Shown: positions 19,306 to 29,001 of the stretch, in pieces | Numbering within the stretch: the stretch's first letter is position 1 | Layout: every line of letters begins with the position of its first letter | Source: Gammaproteobacteria bacterium | Lineage (GTDB): Bacteria > Pseudomonadota > Gammaproteobacteria > UBA4575 | Assembly (NCBI GenBank): GCA_965243395.1 | Contig: CBDEUS010000002.1 | Coordinates: 512,001-576,000 of the forward strand | Length of the DNA stretch: 64,000 bases | Reading direction: 5' to 3' | Made by a program: the position numbers and the translations under genes | Notes under the pieces: generated by a model | Database searches by the model: none | Told to the model about the DNA's origin: nothing | Seen by the model: only the letters and a program-made list of their open reading frames with translations

Positions 19306-19797
19306 CTACGAACCAAGATCTGTGCCTAGATCTCTATACTCTTCGTATAATTCGTAAGCTTCGTTTTGATGATGCATCATTTGCTCCATCATCTGTTGCA
19401 TCAAGTCCAAATGCTCCTCCATGTTTTCAGCACGAACATGTGAGCTCATTTTTCCTTCATGTTTCATGGCAGCATGTATTTCTTCCTTTTTTTTACCCAT
19501 TGCTCCTTTATTGCTGTCATCTTTCATCATCATTTTCATACCTTCTCGTATACTCTGACGATGTCCTTGCATGAGTTGTTTACGCCTATCTAGATCTGTT
19601 TCACTTCGGATAGCTTCCATTTGCACTTGCATGAGTTTCATATGATCGTGCATTTTTTGCATATCCATATGCCCTTCATGAGATTCAGAACTAGATATGT
19701 TTTTATGTTCATGCTCTTTTTCTGATGCAGATACCGCTGTGGCTATCCAAGTCATGCTCATTACGAGCAGAAGTAATGCAGTTGTTAATATTTTCAT
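19306..19797 (-). CDS. Periplasmic His/Met-rich helical metal-binding protein
   Basis: Signal peptide; MQKMHDHM, MMEQMMHHQ. Confidence 0.7.
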   Translation of the reverse strand: MKILTTALLLLVMSMTWIATAVSASEKEHEHKNISSSESHEGHMDMQKMHDHMKLMQVQMEAIRSETDLDRRKQLMQGHRQSIREGMKMMMKDDSNKGAMGKKKEEIHAAMKHEGKMSSHVRAENMEEHLDLMQQMMEQMMHHQNEAYELYEEYRDLGTDLGS

Positions 19798-19932
19798 AAT
19801 AATCTCCTAAAAATTAAGTAAAGATTTCAAAATTTGTTACGAATGAACGTAACGATTTAAAAAAATTGAATTAATTGCTTGTAGCTAGATGTGTTTACAT
19901 CAAAGCCAAATGCAATATCCGCGGAAGCGGAT

Positions 19933-20307
19933 TTAGGAGATTGTGATAGGGGGGCGGAAAAGCAGGTCTGGATCAGCCGGGTCTGGAATTGAATGAATTC
20001 TTTGATAAACAGAATGTGTTGTATAGGCTAAATCTACTTCAGATTTGTTTAACAAAGCGATAGCGCCACAGCTTGATACAGAGCAATTTAAATTTTCATC
20101 ACACTCACAATTTGACTGGTTCTTTGAATGTTTTGATGTCTCATGATCATCACCATGCATTGATTCATTATCATCCATTTGTGCATGAGAGGAATGAGGT
20201 GTTGAATCAGACATTTGACAGTGTGATGCCATAGATGCACTGGCCCATAATGAAATTGGGAATGCCAATAACAAAGTGAAAATTACAATTTTTCGCCAGC
20301 GTTTCAT
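19933..20307 (-). CDS. CopL-like protein, paralog of 18685-19068
   Basis: Identical MKRWRKIVIF start, MASHCQ, DPDLLFRPPI. Confidence 0.7.
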   Translation of the reverse strand: MKRWRKIVIFTLLLAFPISLWASASMASHCQMSDSTPHSSHAQMDDNESMHGDDHETSKHSKNQSNCECDENLNCSVSSCGAIALLNKSEVDLAYTTHSVYQRIHSIPDPADPDLLFRPPITIS

Positions 20308-20373
20308 GTACGAATAGAAATTATCTGTGTTTGTGTACTTTTATGACCTTACAATATTAATAAAGTTGCTGTA

Positions 20374-20387
20374 CTGATTTAAATCAA
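20374..20387. promoter_or_regulatory. Possible FNR box
   Basis: CTGAT-TTAA-ATCAA, 1 mismatch to TTGAT-N4-ATCAA. Confidence 0.35.
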
Positions 20388-20511
20388 GAAAAACATATTT
20401 ATATCAATATCTTATTTTATGTCTCGTCATAGTTACGGATTTAACATTATTAATCTAAGTAACTGATGTGATGAGATGTATTCCTCACATCAGACACATA
20501 TTCTGGAGACA

Positions 20512-20642
20512 AGAGACCCAATCCTTTAATCAATGATACAAGGACTACACCTCCGCGGGTCGTCTCAAGGAATGAATTTAGGTTAAGTGCGTTACGACAA
20601 CGTCCTTGTATGCAAATAATATGTCCACCGGATCTTCCACGT
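20512..20642 (+). repeat. att-like end, copy 3
   Basis: CCAATCCTTTAATCAATGATACAAGGA; TCCACCGGATCTTCCAC at offset 85 from CAAGGA. Confidence 0.6.
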
Positions 20643-20667
20643 ATATCAAAGTGATTGAGTGTTGTTT

Positions 20668-20699
20668 AAAGAAAGGCGCACACCGATACGCCTTTCTTT
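20668..20699. terminator. Intrinsic terminator
   Basis: AAAGAAAGGCG ... CGCCTTTCTTT hairpin after the di-haem gene. Confidence 0.65.
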
Positions 20700-20726
20700 T
20701 TCAAATATAACAAATTAGAAAAGATG

Positions 20727-22388
20727 CTATTCGCCTCCTTCGCCGGCGATTTGAAACAGTGCACCCAGATTGATTGAACCATGTACATCCGGGGATTGTA
20801 TGTTTTCCAGATCATTCGGATTCCCGGCATTTAAATTGGAGGCCGTATCATCCGGTGGAAATAACACTAAGGTTTCTAAAAACGCAAGAATACGTCGTTG
20901 ATCTCGAACCCTGAGATTGACATACGCATCTCTTGATTCTTGTGCTTCGCCCCCATGACGTTTAATGACTGCATCTAAATTAATACTACGTCCATCATGT
21001 CCATAGGGTGCAGTAGAACCCACGCCCCATAACGGTTCGGTTACGAATTCTGTTACCACTGAACCATCAAAATCACGCTCATGAAAGGCAGGACCTAAGT
21101 CATGGCGTTTAAGATCAGAATAAAAATTTTGTACAACAAATTGTTCGCCGTTGGGTTGTAACAATGGAAATTCATTGCCATCGTCTTCCGGAGTAAACAA
21201 CGTGTTTGCGGTGGCAAATAATTGATTGAAAATTCCTTGTTCGGGATCGTAAACAGTTTCGACATCGGCGACACGACGATCACTATTGATTCGTAAATTC
21301 GGCTTATGACATTCCGTACACCCAATGCTTTCTAGCAGATCGCGACCACGTTCTGCTTGGCGTGTGACTTGGTATTGAGCCGGTTTAAAATAATTAAGCA
21401 AATAAAATTCCATATGATCAATGAGTGCAGGATCAATTTCACTGACTACACCATCATTATCGGCATCTTCGCTGGCATCACACACGGGAGGACGTTCAAA
21501 GGTATCTTGTTCGGGATCGTATTCAAAACCACTTGGACTGGTCATGGCTTGTGGATTATCCGGATCCGTGACCGCACAGAGCACAGGATCCCACGCTTGT
21601 AGACCCATCTCATCTTTAAAGGCACCAATGATAAATTCTCGCATCGATATGGTTCCGCCTTGATGAAAAAAAGGTTTGATACGCAAATCTTCATCGACAC
21701 CTTCCACCGCGGAAGTATCAACCTCGCCATTCGGGCATGCGGTGAGGGTGCCAAAAGACACGCGTTTGGCCCGAAGCGGTGTGGTGATACAACGATTTTG
21801 TTCGACCGCAACCTCTAATGCGCGATCGCGACGTGCACGTAAGCGTTGTGTCATCTCTTCGGCCAGTTGCTCCACAATACCCAAACCAAATAGATGCGGG
21901 GCATCACGACTGTCCGGTCGTGTATTCACATCCCCACCAAATCCTGCTGAACCTCTCGGACGTCCATGACATGCGGCACAACTATCTGCAAGCCCGGCTC
22001 CAAGTGCACGATTTTGTGTAATGTCTCCGGTTGAATTTGCATTAACGCGAGGACCATGACCTTCATCAGTAGAAAATTTTCGTTGAAAAAGTTGTCGACC
22101 TCGTCGTATAGAGCGTGCGGGATCACGTTTAATTAAATACACTGCTGATCCGGCGGTGTTCACATCACCGTGACCATTACCAATTTGTTCATCTAAACGT
22201 TTCGCGATACAACCACCAGGCGCATTAACCGTTCCTACATCGACCTTGTCACAAGGGACAAGTTCTGCTTGAACATTTTGTGCAAACATAAGCCCGACAA
22301 GCATCGTGAGCACGAGAACGAATCGAATTAGAAGAATATTCTGACGAGCGAAACCGATCGGTTTCCCTACTTGTTTTAATACACTCAT
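20727..22388 (-). CDS. Di-haem oxidoreductase family protein (DHOR/DUF1111-like)
   Basis: CAACH and CTECH haem motifs, PHLFGLG, SDLKRHDLG, TEPLWGVG..PYGHDGR; start chosen after GAGG RBS. Confidence 0.8.
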   Translation of the reverse strand: MSVLKQVGKPIGFARQNILLIRFVLVLTMLVGLMFAQNVQAELVPCDKVDVGTVNAPGGCIAKRLDEQIGNGHGDVNTAGSAVYLIKRDPARSIRRGRQLFQRKFSTDEGHGPRVNANSTGDITQNRALGAGLADSCAACHGRPRGSAGFGGDVNTRPDSRDAPHLFGLGIVEQLAEEMTQRLRARRDRALEVAVEQNRCITTPLRAKRVSFGTLTACPNGEVDTSAVEGVDEDLRIKPFFHQGGTISMREFIIGAFKDEMGLQAWDPVLCAVTDPDNPQAMTSPSGFEYDPEQDTFERPPVCDASEDADNDGVVSEIDPALIDHMEFYLLNYFKPAQYQVTRQAERGRDLLESIGCTECHKPNLRINSDRRVADVETVYDPEQGIFNQLFATANTLFTPEDDGNEFPLLQPNGEQFVVQNFYSDLKRHDLGPAFHERDFDGSVVTEFVTEPLWGVGSTAPYGHDGRSINLDAVIKRHGGEAQESRDAYVNLRVRDQRRILAFLETLVLFPPDDTASNLNAGNPNDLENIQSPDVHGSINLGALFQIAGEGGE

Positions 22389-23069
22389 GTTGAGACCTCG
22401 ACAAATATTAACTGCGTTAAAATACATTGCGTAAACCGCCTTGTTGCGCAATTACTATTTGCTGATCAGGAATAGGGAAGGCTTACTTACAGAATAGTAA
22501 GTAAAGATCTCGTCCAACTCCTAGATAGCGCTGTCGCTTCTCTCAAAATATTGTTGTTCATTCAAGATCACTCCTCATCTTGAATGTGTATTATCCTAAT
22601 CTACTCACACTGTAGTAGCAATTGGCCATCGTCTTGTGTGATAAGTGTAAAAATAAAGTAACGATCTAATTATAAAGATGAAATCGTATTTAAATACTTA
22701 TTCATTGAAATATTTAATCTGTTTAATTAAATAAATATTCTTTTAATTTAAAAAGATTTCTCCAGTTTTCTACGTTGTATTTCAGCAACACTTTGTATGG
22801 ATACATATAGTAGGTGTAAAGCGTCATATTTTTCTAACACTAACTTCAATACAACAAAAAAATAAATTTGTGGCCGATACGCAACGTTAAAATAATAAAA
22901 TTTTATATTTAATTTAAATAATAATGTTTAGCTCGTTTAATTTTTTACTAAGAAATAATTAATCAAAAATTTTAGAATTTTATTTTTCTATGATTGTCAA
23001 ATGCACAAGAGGAAAATGGAGTCGAATTTCCTCTCTTTTATAATTACGTTTAATAATAGGAGTTGGAAT

Positions 23070-23327
23070 ATGAAATATTTACACAAAACATTTTTTACCG
23101 CTTATATCGGTGCCCTTTTGATATGTAATCCAGTATTGGCTGCGAGCGAAGAGTTACCAGCCTTCGATACAGTCGATACTAATCAAGATGGCATGATAAG
23201 CAGAGACGAAGCCTCTAAAGTTCCAGAGATTGCTAATCTCTATAATGGTGCCGATTTAGATCAAGATGGAAATCTTGACGCTAATGAATACGATAGGGCC
23301 AAGAAACATATTGAGAGAAAGTCTTAA
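23070..23327 (+). CDS. Exported EF-hand protein
   Basis: DTNQDGMISRDE and DLDQDGNLDANE; AGGAG RBS. Confidence 0.8.
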   Translation: MKYLHKTFFTAYIGALLICNPVLAASEELPAFDTVDTNQDGMISRDEASKVPEIANLYNGADLDQDGNLDANEYDRAKKHIERKS

Positions 23328-23346
23328 ATAATAAATTCAATTGAAT

Positions 23347-23374
23347 ATGGCGCATCTATGATTAGGTGCGCCAT
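23347..23374. terminator. Hairpin between convergent genes
   Basis: ATGGCGCAT ... GTGCGCCAT. Confidence 0.5.
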
Positions 23375-23447
23375 CGTTATTAAACGAAAGACAAAATATT
23401 AATACCTTTGTATCCACCAGATTTCTACAATCAAATCTTATAAGGAT

Positions 23448-24167
23448 TTAATGTTCCCACATGGTTCGCTTCTTGCCTTTTTCTTCTTTAATCTTGGCCC
23501 CTGTTAGTTGACTCCATAAGTTGACTCCCACCATTACTTCAATATGAGTGGTCGGTACTTGGAATTTATCTAAAGATTTAGTTGATGATTTATGTGGCAT
23601 GACAAAGGACCACATATGAAGCGCCCCGCTTTTTCTTTCTGCTAACACAGATTTAAAAAATGCATGAGGGACAGGGAGTTTAATGGGACTATCATCAGTC
23701 GTTTGAATGGTTTCAATTACGAGATCGAAATCAAAGATTGGTCCGCTGATAACATACACTTCGTATACGTCATCCAGGTCATTTAATTTTCTTACGGCAT
23801 TTTCAAGTCGCTTCCACACACCATTATTAAAACCCTGTTCTTGTGGGCACATATTAGAAAGCAAAAACGTTTCACTGTCTTGTAAAACCTCTTCATTCTG
23901 ATTCGCACTGGCTACAAGATGGCCTCGCGAGAAACCGGAACCTACATATTGTGCTTTATCCACTCGAAATAATTCTGGGATACGAAAGTCCGATCTAAAA
24001 TTTTCAGAACGTTCAACGTCTATCGTACCTCTATCCACTATTTCTAATGCCCATTTAGCTTGTCGATAGTAATAGGAGTACCCGACGATATAGTGTCTGT
24101 TAATTAGAATCTGGTCTGCCGCCGGCATTCCATAGCGAGTTTCAGCCCATTGACTAGGATCAAACAT
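23448..24167 (-). CDS. DNA/RNA non-specific endonuclease (NucA/EndoG family)
   Basis: SRGHL, TFLLSNMCPQ, FNNGVWKRLE; starts 20 bp after the last 28-bp site. Confidence 0.9.
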   Translation of the reverse strand: MFDPSQWAETRYGMPAADQILINRHYIVGYSYYYRQAKWALEIVDRGTIDVERSENFRSDFRIPELFRVDKAQYVGSGFSRGHLVASANQNEEVLQDSETFLLSNMCPQEQGFNNGVWKRLENAVRKLNDLDDVYEVYVISGPIFDFDLVIETIQTTDDSPIKLPVPHAFFKSVLAERKSGALHMWSFVMPHKSSTKSLDKFQVPTTHIEVMVGVNLWSQLTGAKIKEEKGKKRTMWEH

Positions 24168-24359
24168 AAATTCCTCCTAATACTTGAATGTCCGCTTTCG
24201 GCCAATAGCCGTTTTTTTACACTGTCGAATATTTTATAAATCTACAAACGTAGGAATTATCACTATGAATGGTAATTCGTAGTAACTCTATTTCACAATA
24301 TAAAATAACAATTTTGGGTACAATAACATTTAATTTTATTTACATGGATGTAAATCTAA

Positions 24360-24740
24360 ATGAAAAAACTATTACTACTAATACTGTTATTACCAAGTAT
24401 TGGATTAACAGCTAATAATGGATCTGGGAATAAGTTATTAGAGCAATGTAGCTATGCGGATGCATTGATTCATGGCAAAAAGATAAATGCTGATTTAGGT
24501 GAAGATTATGCGTTTCTTTGTCTTGGCTACGTTTCAGGTGTCTATGACGCATTATTTATGAGCAATCAAGTATGTGGCCCTAATGTAGCAGATTGGAACC
24601 AAGCTAGAATAGTTTATAACTATTTAATCGAAAATTCCGAGATACTTCATTTTGATCGACATGTTCTCACCAAAATTGCATTAAAAAAAGCATATTCTTG
24701 TAACAGCAGTCAGACTGAATATTTATCTAGCACTGACTAG
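24360..24740 (+). CDS. Rap1a/Tai-family immunity protein
   Basis: GNKLLEQC ... CLGYVSGVYD ... VC.P ... YL..N.E.LH ... AL..AY.C. Confidence 0.75.
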   Translation: MKKLLLLILLLPSIGLTANNGSGNKLLEQCSYADALIHGKKINADLGEDYAFLCLGYVSGVYDALFMSNQVCGPNVADWNQARIVYNYLIENSEILHFDRHVLTKIALKKAYSCNSSQTEYLSSTD

Positions 24741-24774
24741 AAAAAGTCTGCTTTCGGCCAATAGCGGACAAAAA

Positions 24775-25431
24775 TTATTGTATATAGTTATTAAAAACTA
24801 CAAATATTAAACTCGCTTTTTTCAATTTTGTAACTTCATATTTATTCCCATCATGAACGGCAATCAGCGCATGCAACCCCGCTTCACTAATCCTAATATC
24901 ATGTTTGTATATTCCTTCTACACCAAAATCAATTTCACCTAAAAGTGTGCAGGGCTCGCTAAAATATGCAAGCATGATGAAATTCTCTTCATCATCTTCA
25001 AGACCTCCAGATAGAAACATATCTTTTCCAGCATCGTAACCAAAAGTGCTCAATCTTAAGTATTTAGTACTTGCTGGCTCAATATTTAACCCTTTGTTAT
25101 ATTCGCTCTCAATATTCGCGGCAGAATAACCCACAATCTCTGAACCAAATCTCTTAAGATCAATACTTGGTTTAGACTCTAGACTCATATCAATCATCCA
25201 ATATTTGTCTTTCAAGGGTGCACCATAAAGTGAACCTGGAATAATACCCAACTCAAGAAAAAGAGTATCTGGTGTATCAAAGTTATCTGAAACAACTTTT
25301 GTTTGTTTAAGCTTTAAATGGACTAATTTTGATGAATCTGAATTTTGATTTGCTGAAAAACCTAATAGCGAAATTAGTACTAAAATCGCCGTCATCCATC
25401 CAATCAATATTGATATTTTCTTATTCAACAT
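24775..25431 (-). CDS. Cassette ORF, membrane-anchored hypothetical protein
   Basis: Fills the interval between two sites; N-terminal TM. Confidence 0.7.
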   Translation of the reverse strand: MLNKKISILIGWMTAILVLISLLGFSANQNSDSSKLVHLKLKQTKVVSDNFDTPDTLFLELGIIPGSLYGAPLKDKYWMIDMSLESKPSIDLKRFGSEIVGYSAANIESEYNKGLNIEPASTKYLRLSTFGYDAGKDMFLSGGLEDDEENFIMLAYFSEPCTLLGEIDFGVEGIYKHDIRISEAGLHALIAVHDGNKYEVTKLKKASLIFVVFNNYIQ

Positions 25432-25478
25432 TTTTGTAATTTAAATGTCCGCTTTGGGTCGTTAGTAGTCATTTTATA

Positions 25479-25760
25479 CTAGTATTTTTTATTGCAGTTC
25501 CAACAATTCTTATTCGGCAAGCGAAAATCAAATATATTATTACTTCTCCAAATTTGCTTTTTGCCACAGTCATCACATTTCAATGTGAACATATAATAAA
25601 CAAAATATAAGCTATAGATTATTGTTACATAATAGTGCCACCCTATTTCTCCAAGCCAATTTTCATAGTTTGAAATAGGTTTTTGTAACACCCTATGTAT
25701 CACAACAAGTATTACGAGAACAGAAAGTAGAAATAAGAATTTTGTTCTATGACTGAACAT
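25479..25760 (-). CDS. Cassette ORF, membrane protein with zinc ribbon
   Basis: 2 TM helices; CDDC and CWNC. Confidence 0.65.
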   Translation of the reverse strand: MFSHRTKFLFLLSVLVILVVIHRVLQKPISNYENWLGEIGWHYYVTIIYSLYFVYYMFTLKCDDCGKKQIWRSNNIFDFRLPNKNCWNCNKKY

Positions 25761-25848
25761 GAATAATTTTTGTCCGCTTTGGGTCGATAGCAGTCATTTA
25801 GTATTTATATTTTTTGTACATTATACATTTATCTTTATAGCTACTCTC

Positions 25849-26495
25849 TTATTTTGTGCTTTGAATTAACTTACTAACTAAAACACCAAGCACTCCAATA
25901 ATGTAAAAGGCAATTGGAATAATTAGCCAGCCATACCATGTGCTTAATAGGTTTGATAAATAAGATCCAATTATACTTTGTGGTGCAAGTTTTATAGAAA
26001 TTAATCCAACAAGCATGATAACAACTACAAGGATAGCTACAGTAACATCACCACCTGTTACTTTCTGCACAGAGGCGTGCTGTGGATTTATCTTTTTTAA
26101 TCTACGCTTTATATACTGACCTATTAAATAAACTAGCCCACAAATGCCTAGTAATATAATCCCAGCAATTAAAAGTGCTATGCCCGCTCCCACATCACGC
26201 TTCTTGGAGATGTATATAATATTATTTTTTTCTCTAACTGATAAATTGTTCTCTTCAGCTATCTTATAAATTGCTTCCTTCCAAGGCATGCACTCAAAAT
26301 TAATGGGTACTGATTTATTTATGGATGAGTCCATTTTTATTTCAATCACAGCAAAATCTGCTAATAAAGCGTAAGCTGATTTTAATTTTAAATTTTGAAA
26401 ACTAAATCGAAGTCTCCGTCATCACAATTAGCCCACGCCAAGGAACTTACAAAAAATGTAAGAAAAATTAAAATAAAAAGTCTATTGCTTCTCAA
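25849..26495 (-). pseudogene. Cassette ORF, STN-like domain fused to a membrane region, apparently frameshifted near 26400
   Basis: Signal peptide from TTG 26495; one extra T restores VFQNLKLKSAYALLADFA, similar to the PilQ NFQD...IADF segment. Confidence 0.5.
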
Positions 26496-26530
26496 TATAA
26501 TTAATCTGTTTTCGGCCAATAGCGGTCATA

Positions 26531-27088
26531 TTAAAATTCTTTTTCTTTTAGATAACCAGATGGACAATGTTTGTCTTCAATACGTGTATCACAAACATAA
26601 ACAGTCCTAAACTTATCAACCCATTTGTTCAATTCTGTAGCAGATACATTTTTTTGCCAAATTTTAAGTAGATGATAAGTACTATCTTTTCCTTTTATGG
26701 CTAGATTTAAAATTTGAGCTTTTGAATTGTCCTCTTTTAAGCAAACTGTACGCCAAAGCAAAGACTTATAATTTTGGTTATCTATTGGGTCTAATTCTAT
26801 AGATTCAAAAGATTTACATGCTTTTTTGCCCGGCTTATCTTGCTCTTTTCTCATTTTTGAAGGTTTTTTATTAGACCCATATCTAATATTTACTGCATAA
26901 GCATCTCGCATACCGCTTTCTTTACTACGCCATAGCATACTTCTAAATTTTCCTTCTTTCTTTGTAAGGATTTCCCATTTTTCAGAGCTTAATTCATAGG
27001 GGACAATTAAATTCTCACCTTCGTAAAATTCTGATGAATATACATTTGTAAAAATCCCAATCAATAAAATGAGTATTACTAATTTCAT
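26531..27088 (-). CDS. Cassette ORF, exported hypothetical protein
   Basis: Signal peptide; stop 1 bp from the site. Confidence 0.75.
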   Translation of the reverse strand: MKLVILILLIGIFTNVYSSEFYEGENLIVPYELSSEKWEILTKKEGKFRSMLWRSKESGMRDAYAVNIRYGSNKKPSKMRKEQDKPGKKACKSFESIELDPIDNQNYKSLLWRTVCLKEDNSKAQILNLAIKGKDSTYHLLKIWQKNVSATELNKWVDKFRTVYVCDTRIEDKHCPSGYLKEKEF

Positions 27089-27169
27089 AATGCCGCCTTC
27101 GATGAATAAATTTAGTAGAACGGATAACTATCTTATAATGTCCGCTTTGGGTCGTTAGCAGACATTAAA

Positions 27170-27592
27170 TTACCACGGCCCTCTTAAACTTATATCAACA
27201 CCGTCTCCCGATGGTGTCATTTTAATTGTATACGCCACTTTTCTGCCATCAGTCCTTTCTACAACCCATGCTTCGGTTATCGATGTTGAATCTTTTGTCA
27301 ATAAGCGTGTTTCAATTACTTTACCAGTGGATTGCCCCTCGCTTGATTCAGCTTGTTTAATTAGATTTTCTATATCTTTCTTTAAGGTGGCATCAGCTAC
27401 AGTTGGAGATTCAGTACCAAGCAGGTATTTTTCCATTGCCACCGAACCACCACCAATATCTTTAGATGACCATCTATAAGGTGATCCATCTTGTTCTAAT
27501 TTTTTGTTTAAATCATTTACGGCATTATGGACTGAGGTATTTGCACAACCAAAGAATGTAAACATTGTTAAAAGTATTAATAGTAATTTCAT
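27170..27592 (-). CDS. Cassette ORF, lipoprotein
   Basis: GAGG RBS, MKLLLILL...FFGC lipobox; track start runs into the site. Confidence 0.75.
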   Translation of the reverse strand: MKLLLILLTMFTFFGCANTSVHNAVNDLNKKLEQDGSPYRWSSKDIGGGSVAMEKYLLGTESPTVADATLKKDIENLIKQAESSEGQSTGKVIETRLLTKDSTSITEAWVVERTDGRKVAYTIKMTPSGDGVDISLRGPW

Positions 27593-27633
27593 AAGCACCT
27601 CAATTAAATAAGCTCTCTTTCGGCCATTAGCGG

Positions 27634-27975
27634 TCATTTCTTAATATGAAAGTTAAAAGTATATCTTGCACGAAGTACAACTTTCTCAGAGTCATAAGAA
27701 TATTCTGATAGCTCAATTACGACCGTGTCCTTTCCGATATAATTGTTCATTGGTTTATATCTGAATATGTGTTCATAGGTTTTTTTATTCCAAATAATTT
27801 CACTTATTTCAGAGTTTTGTGCTTGTTTAACAATTTCGAGCGCTTGCTCATCACCAATACTGCCAAGATTTTTCTCATAGGTTTGATTAATATTCAAATT
27901 AATCTCAACTTTAGGTGCGCACCCAAAAAAAGAAACTAGAGTAAAAATTAATACTATTAGTAAGTATTTTTGCAC
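27634..27975 (-). CDS. Cassette ORF, lipoprotein
   Basis: GTG start after the site, FFGC lipobox; TGA stop lies inside the next site. Confidence 0.6.
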   Translation of the reverse strand: MQKYLLIVLIFTLVSFFGCAPKVEINLNINQTYEKNLGSIGDEQALEIVKQAQNSEISEIIWNKKTYEHIFRYKPMNNYIGKDTVVIELSEYSYDSEKVVLRARYTFNFHIKK

Positions 27976-28100
27976 AACTGAAAATGCCCACTTTGGGTCG
28001 TTATTGGACATTTTTTTCTTGTATGTAATTGATTCCAACCTACTACTTCTCATTTTATGACTGCTTTCGGCAAATAGCGGACATATTAGGAATGTAATAT

Positions 28101-28397
28101 TCAATCAGCATTATAATCTTGCGGATATGGATTAGGCTTTTGGATTTTATCGCTGTAAATCCAAGAACGCATTAGTTTTGGGATAGCACTCGTGTGCAAA
28201 ACTGATTCACTTTCTTGATAAGAAAATCTCAGTGCTATAGCAAATCCAAGTACTGGCAGTATCCATATAATAAATATTCTAAGTATCTTAACTGGTGTTG
28301 AAATATTTTCTTCGAGTAGAGTAATTAAAGAAGCAATTAAATTAAAATAAACTATGAATAATATGATACAAATGGATACGATTATAAAAATGTCCAT
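28101..28397 (-). CDS. Cassette ORF, small membrane protein
   Basis: 2 TM helices, IWILPVLG. Confidence 0.65.
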   Translation of the reverse strand: MDIFIIVSICIILFIVYFNLIASLITLLEENISTPVKILRIFIIWILPVLGFAIALRFSYQESESVLHTSAIPKLMRSWIYSDKIQKPNPYPQDYNAD

Positions 28398-28500
28398 TAA
28401 GTTTTCACCTATTTACTTAATCTTTGTACACTTATCATCTATATGTTCTTAATATGATGTCTGCTTTCGGCCAATAGGGGACATTCATCATCCTAACTCA

Positions 28501-28962
28501 TCATGCAGTTGATCTTTCAGCAAACTCTCTAAATCGATTCATAAATGTGAGCGTCTGTTTTTTGAATACACTAGGCATGAAAATGCTCATAAGCTTGACG
28601 ACAATTCCTGAGCATTTGTATTCAGCGTTGAGAACCCACCTAGTTTTATTATTATCAACTTTGAAAAAATGGTTCTCAATGAGATTCCAAATGCCATCTG
28701 CTTCATAGGTTGCAGAAAATTCGTTGGGGTAATTGTGGGTTTTAATGGTCTCAATCATTTCGATTTCTCGTCCACCCATCTTATGAATTTGTTTTGATTG
28801 TGATCCTACCTGACGGGATTCGCCACTTATTTGTTCAAAGTTTATAAGGTCTGGCTGCCATTTGGCTAGATTATTTGGATCTAGAAATAATTCGATGACG
28901 CGCTCTCTCGGCAGTTTGATTTCGATTTCAACTTCATAACTTTTGGAGGTTTCTATTGCCAA
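28501..28962 (-). CDS. Cassette ORF, SRPBCC/START-like protein
   Basis: IEIKLPRERVIELFLDPNNLAKWQP ... FKKQT..FM..F..FAE. Confidence 0.85.
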   Translation of the reverse strand: MAIETSKSYEVEIEIKLPRERVIELFLDPNNLAKWQPDLINFEQISGESRQVGSQSKQIHKMGGREIEMIETIKTHNYPNEFSATYEADGIWNLIENHFFKVDNNKTRWVLNAEYKCSGIVVKLMSIFMPSVFKKQTLTFMNRFREFAERSTA

Positions 28963-29001
28963 TTAATTGTCTCCTTTCGGCCAATAGCGGACATTTGAAA
29001 A

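Noticed and set aside
23413-23428. Fourth att-like end (TCCACCAGATTTCTAC)
   Set aside because: Upstream CAAGGA and ATGAGTTA motifs are absent at the expected offsets
27976-28104. Track N-terminal extension of ORF 27634-28104
   Set aside because: Reads through two sites; the lipoprotein signal begins at 27975
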